Shown one piece after another: positions 36,584-44,260 of a DNA stretch of 64,000 nucleotides. The notes beneath the pieces are model-generated. The model did no database searches. It was not told the origin of the DNA and saw only the letters and a program-made list of their open reading frames with translations. The stretch's first letter is position 1. Each line of letters opens with the position of its first letter. A program made the translations under genes and the position numbers. Source of the DNA: an uncultured Microthrixaceae bacterium (lineage in GTDB: Bacteria; Actinomycetota; Acidimicrobiia; Acidimicrobiales; DATDAH01); contig CAWGLV010000001.1 of NCBI GenBank assembly GCA_963823495.1, positions 835,878 through 899,877 on the forward strand, in the 5' to 3' direction.

Positions 36584-37561
36584 TCAGCGTGGCACCTGCT
36601 GGGTGATGCAGTGGACGCCGCCACCCCCGTGGGCCAGTACCGCGCCCGGGACGCCGACCACCTCCCGGTCGGGGAGGGCGCCCCGAACGGCGTCGAGGGC
36701 AGCCTCCCCGTCGGGGCCGTCGACAACCGGGACGATGGCGGCACCGTCGGCCAGGTAGAGGTTGAGGGGCGGCACGACCGACCGGTCGCCGTCGATCACC
36801 ACGGAGGGCAGCACGTCGATCTCGACCACGTCGTAGCCCGCGGCCACCAGCACCTCGACGTTCTCGCGGAGGCGGTCGTGATTGACGTCGTCGGGGTCGG
36901 CGGTGGTCTGGGCCAGGACCTGTCCGGGCCCGGTGCAGAGCGCGACGTTGTCGACGTGGCCGTCGGTGTCGGCGTCCTCGGCCAGGCCGTGGGGGAGCCA
37001 GACGACTCGCTCCCCGCCGAGCCAACGGCACAGCTCGGTCTCGATCCCGGCGCGATCGAGGCCCGGGTTGCGGTTCGGGTTGAGCAGGCACTCCTCGGTG
37101 GTGATGACGGCGCCGGCGCCGTCGACGGTGATGGCCCCGCCCTCCAGGACGAACGGGAAGGCGTCGATCCGGTCGAGACCCAGGTGCTCGCACATGCGAC
37201 GGGCGAACTCCGCGTCCTCCTCGTAGGGGTGGAACTTCTCGCCCCAGGCGTTGAAGACCGGGTTCAGCCCCGCGCGTCGCCCGTGCCCGTCGGTGAGGAC
37301 GATCGCGCCGATGTCCCGGGTCCACGAGTCGTCGATGGGCCACTCGACGACATCCGCCCCCGGGCACGAGGCGGCCGCCTCCTCGCCGGCGCCGGGGTCC
37401 GCCACGAGCATCACCGGCTCGAAGGCCCCGACGGCGTTGACCACGGCGGCGTGTGCGGCCTTCGCCCCGTCGAGCTGGTTGCCCCACATGGTCGCCCGGC
37501 ACGGCCAGGCCACCACGCAGCGCTCGTGGGGTGCCCACTCCGGCGGCATGGTCAGGCGCAC
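36584..37561 (-). CDS. aguA: Agmatine deiminase
   Basis: 325 aa with MPPEWAPHERCVVAWP, DDSWTRDIG, GHVDN and the C-terminal GGGGVHCITQQ, which carries the catalytic Cys. Confidence 0.9.
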   Translation of the reverse strand: MRLTMPPEWAPHERCVVAWPCRATMWGNQLDGAKAAHAAVVNAVGAFEPVMLVADPGAGEEAAASCPGADVVEWPIDDSWTRDIGAIVLTDGHGRRAGLNPVFNAWGEKFHPYEEDAEFARRMCEHLGLDRIDAFPFVLEGGAITVDGAGAVITTEECLLNPNRNPGLDRAGIETELCRWLGGERVVWLPHGLAEDADTDGHVDNVALCTGPGQVLAQTTADPDDVNHDRLRENVEVLVAAGYDVVEIDVLPSVVIDGDRSVVPPLNLYLADGAAIVPVVDGPDGEAALDAVRGALPDREVVGVPGAVLAHGGGGVHCITQQVPR

Positions 37562-37585
37562 GAGCAGACGATGGCACAGTCGGGC

Positions 37586-38851
37586 TCAGCCCGACTCGGT
37601 CCCCTCGACGACCAGGGCGAGGGCCGCGGCCTCACGGCGTTGGTCGCGGACGGTCGCCGCGCCCCAGGCGGCGGCAACCAGGCCGGCGACGCCCCCGACG
37701 GCCACGGCGTAGCGCGGCCCGACGTACTCGGCGACGGCACCGACGATGGGACCGCCGATCGGGGTGCTGCCCAGGAAGACGATGGCCTGGAGGGCCAGCA
37801 CCCGGCCCCGCATCTCGGGCGCGGCCTCGGTCTGGACGATGGCGGTCGATGCGGTGAGGAAGCCGATGCTGGTCATACCGAGCACGAAGCCGAGCGGGAA
37901 GGCCCAGGCGACGGTCGGGGCCACGGCGAGGGCCAGGAGGGCCAGCCCGAAGCCGGTCGAGGCCCGGATGACATCGGTGACCCCGATGCTGCGCCGTCGG
38001 GCGGTCCACAACGCCCCCACGAGGGACCCGAGGCTGATGACGGAGAACAGGAGGGTGAAGGCCACCTTCGACCGGTCGAAGGTCCGGGTCACCAACAAGG
38101 GGAGCGTGACCTGGAAGTTGAAGGCCAGCGTCCCGACGAACATCATCATCACCAGGGGGACGAACAGGACCGGCGTGCGGCGGACGTAGCGCAGGCCCTC
38201 TCGGACCTGGCCCTTGCCCCGCCTCGCCGGCGGGGAAGGCCGTAGCTCCTGGGTCCGCATCAGCCACAGGCCGATGAGCACGGCGATGTAGGAGAGGCCG
38301 TCGAGGGCGAAGGCCCAGCCATAGCCGACCGTGGTGATGAGCAGACCACCGAGGGCGGGGCCGATGACCCGACTGCTGGTCATCATGGCGCTGTTCAGGC
38401 TGACCGCGTTGTGGACCAGGTCCTCGGGGACCATCTCCACCACGAACGCCCGTCGGGCGGGGTTGTCGAAGGCCATGCCGACCCCGCCGAGGGCGGCGAC
38501 GACGTAGATCGCCGCCAGGGGCGGATCGTCCATGAACGCGAGGCTCGCCAGGAGGAAGGACTGGGCCATCGCCCCCACCTGGACGACGAGGAGCAGCCGC
38601 CGTTTGTCGCTGCGGTCCGCGACGAGGCCGGCCCAGGCTCCCAGCACCAGGACGGGTCCGAACTGGCAGGCGGCGAGCAGGCCCACGGCGAATCCGTCGC
38701 CGGTGAGGTCGAGGACGAGCAGGCTCTGGGCGATCAGGGTCAGCCAGTTGCCGATCTGGGACACACCCTGGCCCATGAAGAAGAGTCGGAAGTTCCGGGT
38801 CCCGAACGACGCGAACGTCTCGCGCGCGGCAGCGGCGATTCCGTCGGCCAT
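37586..38851 (-). CDS. MFS transporter (EntS/MFS_3-like)
   Basis: 421 aa with about 12 TM helices. The N-terminus is NFRLFFMGQGVSQIGNWL. Confidence 0.85.
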   Translation of the reverse strand: MADGIAAAARETFASFGTRNFRLFFMGQGVSQIGNWLTLIAQSLLVLDLTGDGFAVGLLAACQFGPVLVLGAWAGLVADRSDKRRLLLVVQVGAMAQSFLLASLAFMDDPPLAAIYVVAALGGVGMAFDNPARRAFVVEMVPEDLVHNAVSLNSAMMTSSRVIGPALGGLLITTVGYGWAFALDGLSYIAVLIGLWLMRTQELRPSPPARRGKGQVREGLRYVRRTPVLFVPLVMMMFVGTLAFNFQVTLPLLVTRTFDRSKVAFTLLFSVISLGSLVGALWTARRRSIGVTDVIRASTGFGLALLALAVAPTVAWAFPLGFVLGMTSIGFLTASTAIVQTEAAPEMRGRVLALQAIVFLGSTPIGGPIVGAVAEYVGPRYAVAVGGVAGLVAAAWGAATVRDQRREAAALALVVEGTESG

Positions 38852-39102
38852 CGGGGTGACCGTACCGATCGGGGCGCCGTGGCCTTCGCGGTCCTGGCTC
38901 GGCCCCGGGTCCGCTGGAGGACGGCGGGACTCGTGGGGTCCTCACCCCGGGCGAGTGCCTCGATCGCACCCTGTCCCGCGCGGCGGCCGTCAACGGTGTG
39001 CTCGGCCGGGCCGGCACCCGACACCCGGATCCCGGGCTCTCAGGAACGGGCCGGTTCGCCCGGTGATCGACGTGTCGCTTCGTGGCCGCGGTGCCAGGAG
39101 CC

Positions 39103-40401
39103 TCAGGGGCCGAGCTCTTCGAGGATGGCGGGGTCCAGGGGCTCGGGGTGGTCGGGGTCCTCGGTGCCGGGGAAGCGGTCCACCTCGCGCAGATCGGGGA
39201 ACGTCACCCACCAGGTGCCGGCAATGGCCACCGTGGCGACCCCGCCCAGGACGACCGCCCCGGCCGGGCCGAGGATCTGGCCGGCGACGCCGGATTCGAA
39301 GGCGCCGAGCTCGTTGGAGCCGCCGATGAACACGTTCTCGACCGCCAGCACACGGCCCCGCATGTCCTGGGGGACCACGAGCGGCACGAGCGTCGCCCGG
39401 ATGAACACGCTGATGGCGTCCGCCCCCGACAGCACGAGCATGGCCAGGAAGGCCACGGCATAGGCCTGGGTCACCCCGAGGGCGATGGTGCCGAGTCCGA
39501 AGAGGGCGACCGCGATCAGGAGCGTCCGTCCGACCCGACGCACGACGGGTCGACGGGTCAGGACCAGGGTCACCGCCGCGGCCCCGATCCCCCCGGCCGC
39601 CCGGAGCCACCCGAGACCCACCGCCCCGACGCCCAGCCGTTCCTCGGCGATGGCGGGGAGGAGGGCCACCGCGCCGCCGAACAGGACCGCGAAGAGGTCC
39701 AGGGAGATGGCCCCCAGCAGGACGGGGTGATGGCGGATGAACCGGAGCCCCTCCAGGGCGTGGCCGAGTCCGGGACGGGCAGCCTCCTCCTCGACGGTCC
39801 TCACCGCCTCCCGCTCCTCGGCGGGGCGCAGGGTGATGAAGGGGTAGGCGGCGGCACTGAGCAGATGCAGCACCCCGACGGCGATGAAGGGGGCGATCGG
39901 GTCGACGGCGTAGAGGGTCCCGCCGACGACGGGACCGACGATGATCGCGGCCTGCCAGGTGGCCGAGTGTCGGGCCACCAGCCAGGGCAGTCCCTCGGGC
40001 GGGAGGACATCGGCCGGCAGGGCCCGGGTCGCCGGGGAGGTGAACGCCCCGGCGATGCCGCTGACCACGACGAGGGCGAAGACGGGACCGACCGCCGTCG
40101 GGTCCGACGCCACGTAGAGGGCGATGGCGAACCCGACGCCGGCCTCGACCACCGCGCCCGAGCCGGACACGACACGACGGTCGACCCGGTCGGCCACCGC
40201 ACCCGCCACCAGGACCAGCAGCAGGACGGGCAGGAACTCGGCCAGACCGATGAGGCCGAGGTCCAACTCGCGACCCGTCAGGTCGAAGACGAGCACGCCG
40301 AGGGAGGTCAGCCAGGCCAGGTGGGCGGTGGTGCGGAGGAAGGTCGACCCGATGAGGGCCCGCACCGACGGCCCCCAGTAGCTCGTCACCTCACCACCCA
40401 C
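39103..40401 (-). CDS. MFS transporter
   Basis: 432 aa polytopic protein containing VADRVDRRVV. The GTG start at 40401 abuts repeat copy E, so a start a few codons downstream is possible. Confidence 0.85.
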   Translation of the reverse strand: MGGEVTSYWGPSVRALIGSTFLRTTAHLAWLTSLGVLVFDLTGRELDLGLIGLAEFLPVLLLVLVAGAVADRVDRRVVSGSGAVVEAGVGFAIALYVASDPTAVGPVFALVVVSGIAGAFTSPATRALPADVLPPEGLPWLVARHSATWQAAIIVGPVVGGTLYAVDPIAPFIAVGVLHLLSAAAYPFITLRPAEEREAVRTVEEEAARPGLGHALEGLRFIRHHPVLLGAISLDLFAVLFGGAVALLPAIAEERLGVGAVGLGWLRAAGGIGAAAVTLVLTRRPVVRRVGRTLLIAVALFGLGTIALGVTQAYAVAFLAMLVLSGADAISVFIRATLVPLVVPQDMRGRVLAVENVFIGGSNELGAFESGVAGQILGPAGAVVLGGVATVAIAGTWWVTFPDLREVDRFPGTEDPDHPEPLDPAILEELGP

Positions 40402-40452
40402 CGAAATTGCGTGACTTCTGGTCGTCAGGCGACCAGAACGAACGCAACTTCG
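40402..40452. repeat. 51-nt palindromic intergenic element, type 2, copy E
   Basis: CGAAATTGCGTGACTTCTGGTCG-tcagg-CGACCAGAACGAACGCAACTTCG. By hand count 19 of 23 arm positions are complementary. It lies between the ABC-F stop (40459) and the MFS start (40401). Confidence 0.65.
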
Positions 40453-40458
40453 TGCGGT

Positions 40459-42387
40459 TCACGGGGCGAAGCGGGCTTCGGCGGCCTCGAGCTCGGACGC
40501 GGCCTTCTCGAAGGCGGTCATGGCCGACGAGGCCTCGGCCTTGGCCTGGTCGTGGCGGTGGGCCACGTCGGCCACCTCCTCGGGGCGGTCATAGAGGTCG
40601 GGCTCGGCCAACTGCTTCTCCAGCCTGGAGACCGTGTCCTCGGCCTTCTGCCAGCGCTTCTCGGCCGATCGCAGGGCGTCCTTCAACGGCTTGGTGACCC
40701 CGGCCCGTTCCTGCCGGCGCTCGGCGGCGGTGCGCCGATCGGCGTTGCGGCCGTCGCCATGGGTCCCGGTCCGGGGGGCGGAGCGCACGGTGCCGCCGTC
40801 GGCCCGGGGGAGGAGGATCGACTCGTCCACACCGTCGTGCCAGCGGGCCCGGCCGCCCCGGACCTCGATGAGCGAGGTGGCGACGGAACGGATCAGGTGC
40901 CGGTCGTGGGTGACGAGCAGCACGGTGCCCTCGTAGGCCCGAAGGGCGTCCTCGAGGATGTCGCAGCTCGGCAGGTCGAGGTGGTTGGTGGGCTCGTCGA
41001 GGACCAACAGGTTGTGGGGCTCGACCATGATCTTGCCCAGGGCCAACCGGGTGCGCTCGCCGCCTGACAGGTCGCTGACCCGACGGTCGGCGGCGTCGCC
41101 ACTGAAGCCGAAGCTGCCCAGCAGGGTCCGCCGGTTGCGGCCGGCGGCCTCGGGCACGCTGGCGGAGAACTCCTCCACCACCCGCTTGGTGCCGTCGAGG
41201 GCATCGGCCTGGTGCTGTTCGAAGCCGGCGATCTCGAGGTTGTTGCCCAGGGCGATCGTCCCCGCCGTGGGGGTCAGCTCCCCGAGGAGGACCTTGAGCA
41301 GCGTGGTCTTGCCCGCCCCGTTCGGGCCGATCAGGCCGATGCGCATGCCCCGCTCGATGACCAGGTCCACCCCCGTGAGGACCGGTGGCTCGTCGTCATA
41401 GCCGACGTCGACGCCGTGGAGCTCGGCCACCACCCGGGAGGACCGGGGTGGGGGTGGGAAGGCGAACCGGGCCTTGATGGCCTCCTCGTCGGGGACGGCG
41501 ATCCGCTCGATCTTCTCGAGGGCCTTCACCCGGCTCTGGACCTGGCGGGCCTTGGTCGCCTTGTAGCGGAAGCGTTCGATGAACTGCTCGGTCTTGGCCA
41601 ACTGCCTGGCCTGGCGGGCCGCGGCCGCCTCCAGCCGCTCGAGGTTCGCCTCCCGCTCGACGACGAACTCGGCGAAGCCCCCGACGTACTCGGTGGCCGA
41701 CTCGTGGCTCATCTCGATCACCCGGTTGGCCACCGCGTCGATGAAATCCCGGTCGTGGCTGACGAACAGGACCGCTCCCCGGTAGGCGCTCAGGTACTGC
41801 TCCAGCCAGCCCACGGAATCGACGTCGAGGTGGTTGGTCGGCTCGTCGAGGAGGAGCACGTCGGGATCGCTGAGGAGCAGGCGGGCCAGCAGGACCCGCA
41901 TGCGCCAGCCGCCGGACAGCTCGCGCACAGGTCGACGGGAGTCCTCGGGGGTGAACCCGAGCCCGCCGAGGATGCGCTCGGCCTCGGCCTGGAGCGCGTA
42001 GCCGCCGAGCGCCTCGAACCGGGATTGGACCTCGCCGTACTCCTCCAGCACGCTCTGGTCGCTCGCGGTGAGGCGGGCCTCGAGGTGTTCCAAGCGGTCG
42101 TGCAACTCGGCGACGGGTCCGCCCCCGTCCAGTGTCTCGTCGAGCACGCTGCCGGCTGAGGCCACGGGCTGGTCCTGGGGGAGGTAGCCGACCCGGAGGT
42201 CAGCGGAGCGGTGGACCTCCCCGCCGTCGGCATCCTGGAGGTCGGCCACGATCTCCAGCAGCGTCGTCTTGCCGACGCCGTTGGCGCCCACGAGCGCGAT
42301 CCTCCGCCCGTCGCCGAGGACGAAGGTGACGCCCCGGAACAGGGTCCGGTTCCCGTGGGCCTTGGCCAGCCCGGAGATCGTGAGCAC
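40459..42387 (-). CDS. ABC-F family ATPase (two ABC domains, no TM)
   Basis: 642 aa with two Walker A sites (GANGVGKTT and GPNGAGKTT), two signature motifs (LSGGWRMR and LSGGERTR) and a C-terminal coiled-coil tail. Confidence 0.9.
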   Translation of the reverse strand: MLTISGLAKAHGNRTLFRGVTFVLGDGRRIALVGANGVGKTTLLEIVADLQDADGGEVHRSADLRVGYLPQDQPVASAGSVLDETLDGGGPVAELHDRLEHLEARLTASDQSVLEEYGEVQSRFEALGGYALQAEAERILGGLGFTPEDSRRPVRELSGGWRMRVLLARLLLSDPDVLLLDEPTNHLDVDSVGWLEQYLSAYRGAVLFVSHDRDFIDAVANRVIEMSHESATEYVGGFAEFVVEREANLERLEAAAARQARQLAKTEQFIERFRYKATKARQVQSRVKALEKIERIAVPDEEAIKARFAFPPPPRSSRVVAELHGVDVGYDDEPPVLTGVDLVIERGMRIGLIGPNGAGKTTLLKVLLGELTPTAGTIALGNNLEIAGFEQHQADALDGTKRVVEEFSASVPEAAGRNRRTLLGSFGFSGDAADRRVSDLSGGERTRLALGKIMVEPHNLLVLDEPTNHLDLPSCDILEDALRAYEGTVLLVTHDRHLIRSVATSLIEVRGGRARWHDGVDESILLPRADGGTVRSAPRTGTHGDGRNADRRTAAERRQERAGVTKPLKDALRSAEKRWQKAEDTVSRLEKQLAEPDLYDRPEEVADVAHRHDQAKAEASSAMTAFEKAASELEAAEARFAP

Positions 42388-42583
42388 GGCTGGTCAGGCT
42401 ACGAGCGCCCGGCGGTCGCCCTGCAGGGGTTCGCCGCCCCGCCGCGCCATGGAGGGGGCGCGCCCCGGGCGGGGACCTCTGGCTCGCTCGGCGGCCCGCT
42501 CGGCGACCCGTCGGCCCGGGTCCGAGGGGCACAGCACCCGTCCGCCCGACGGGTCATGGCCGGATCCCCGACGAGTCGCCGGG

Positions 42584-43438
42584 TCAGCCCACCGTCACGG
42601 CGACGACGGCGAAGAGGCTGAGGGCGACGGCGGCGACCTGGGAGCGGTGGAGGCGCTCGGCCAGGAACTGGCGGGCCAACAGGACGATCACCACCGGCGA
42701 CATCGAGACCAGCAACGAGGTCACCGTCAGGGCCGCGGCCCGGGTGGCGAGCAGGAAGAGCACGTTGGCCGTCATGTCCATCACCCCCGAAGCCAGGATG
42801 AGACGCAGGTTCACCCGGCTCGGCAATTCGGCCCGGGTGGCGAGGACCCAGAGGCCGAGCATCGTCAGGGACGCCAGTCGGGCGCCGACCAGGGGCCAGA
42901 GCCCCGAGGCCTCCGGTGTGTGGTCGAGCAGGACGAGGAACGCGCCGACCAGGACGCCGCCCACCACGGCCAGCGCCGGTCCGGACGACCCTGCCGGGCG
43001 GGTGCGCCCGCCGCCGCCGGCGACGATGCCGATGGCCACCAGGCCGAGCACGAGGCCTCCGGTGGCCATGGCCGACAGGCGCTCGCCGGCCACGAGGCCG
43101 GCGACGACGGGGACCGCCACGGCGGTGATCGAGGTGATGGGCGCAACCAGCCCCATGGGTCCGGCGGCGAGGGCCCGGAGGTAGGCGACCAGCCCGAGGC
43201 TCCCGGCGATGCCGGCCAGGGCGCCCAAGCCGAGGGCGCCGGCCGAGGCGACACCCGACAGGAAGGGGAGCACGGCGAGCAGGACCAGGAAGCCGGCGAC
43301 CTGGGACAGCACGGTGACCGTCGTGGCGGGTGATCGCTTGGCGGCCAGGCCCCCGACGAAGTCGGCCGTGCCGAAGGACAGTCCCGCCCCCAGGGCCAAC
43401 AACACCGCCATCACCTGCTCCTCACCCTCGGTCATCAC
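42584..43438 (-). CDS. EamA/DMT family transporter
   Basis: 284 aa with 10 TM helices and a duplicated EamA architecture. ATG at 43411 (MAVLLALGAG) is an alternative start. Confidence 0.85.
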   Translation of the reverse strand: MMTEGEEQVMAVLLALGAGLSFGTADFVGGLAAKRSPATTVTVLSQVAGFLVLLAVLPFLSGVASAGALGLGALAGIAGSLGLVAYLRALAAGPMGLVAPITSITAVAVPVVAGLVAGERLSAMATGGLVLGLVAIGIVAGGGGRTRPAGSSGPALAVVGGVLVGAFLVLLDHTPEASGLWPLVGARLASLTMLGLWVLATRAELPSRVNLRLILASGVMDMTANVLFLLATRAAALTVTSLLVSMSPVVIVLLARQFLAERLHRSQVAAVALSLFAVVAVTVG

Positions 43439-43477
43439 GTTGGACTCAGTGGTCCAGTTGAGTGAACTCTAGCGCGA

Positions 43478-43515
43478 GTACATCAGAGTGACCACCTCAG
43501 TATGCTCTGATGTAC
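43478..43515. promoter_or_regulatory. Candidate operator: perfect 11-bp inverted repeat GTACATCAGAG-N16-CTCTGATGTAC
   Basis: The arms are at 43478-43488 and 43505-43515, in the AT-richer spacer between the divergent EamA and XRE-cupin genes. It lies 17 nt upstream of the regulator's GTG. Confidence 0.6.
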
Positions 43516-43532
43516 CGACGAGAGGAGGTCCC

Positions 43533-44171
43533 GTGCAGGACCCCGAACAGCTGGCCGCCGACCTGGGGCGCAACGTCCGCCGCCTGCGACTCCGACGCAA
43601 CATGACCCTGGAGGCCCTGGCCGAGCGGGCCGCGGTGTCGAAGGGAACCGTCATCGGCGTGGAGCAGGAGCGGGCCAACCCCAACATCGCCACCCTCTGC
43701 CGGCTGGCCGACGCGCTGGGCGTGGGGGTGGACAGCCTGATCGAATCCTCGAGCGGGCCGCGCGTGCGGGTCAAGCGGGCCGCCGCCACGCCGGCGCTGT
43801 GGAGCAGCGAGGCCGGGGGACGCGGCCTGTTCCTCATGGGGACCGACCCCCCCGATGTGGTCGAGCTCTGGGACTGGTCGCTCTCGGGCGGGGAGCACTT
43901 CGACGGGGCCCCGCATCCGGTGGGCTCCTTCGAGATGCTGTCGGTGCTCGAGGGGAAGCTGGCCGTCACTGCCGGGGAGGAGGAGCACGTCCTCGCCGAG
44001 GGCGACACGATCCACTTCGAATCCGACGTCGTCCACCGGTACGCCAACCCGGGCAAGAAGGCCAACCGCTTCGTGATGGCCGTCTACGAGCCCCTCCCGG
44101 AGCGCCCCGAACCCCCGGATCCCGTCGACCCGGCCGACCAGCCCCCACCCAGTCACGCGAGTCACACCTGA
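43533..44171 (+). CDS. XRE-family HTH regulator with C-terminal cupin domain
   Basis: GTG at 43533 is preceded by GAGGAGG (43521-43527). The HTH is NMTLEALAERAAVSKGTVIGVEQERANPNIATLCRLADALG. The cupin part is EMLSVLEGKLAVTAGEEEHVLAEGDTIHFESDVVHRY. The track start at 43488 is probably too early. Confidence 0.85.
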   Translation: MQDPEQLAADLGRNVRRLRLRRNMTLEALAERAAVSKGTVIGVEQERANPNIATLCRLADALGVGVDSLIESSSGPRVRVKRAAATPALWSSEAGGRGLFLMGTDPPDVVELWDWSLSGGEHFDGAPHPVGSFEMLSVLEGKLAVTAGEEEHVLAEGDTIHFESDVVHRYANPGKKANRFVMAVYEPLPERPEPPDPVDPADQPPPSHASHT

Positions 44172-44260
44172 GGCGCCTCGCGACGTCCGGCAACCGGTGT
44201 CGCCGATGCCGGGGTCGGTGGCGGCTGCTCCGGTTGACGCTGCGCCCCTTCGGGTTCGGC

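Noticed and set aside
38740-39024. 94-aa minus-strand ORF in the gap between the two MFS genes, considered as a possible small regulator.
   Set aside because: It overlaps the start of the MFS gene out of frame. It has no HTH or other motif I can recognise, and its composition is typical of non-coding GC-rich sequence.
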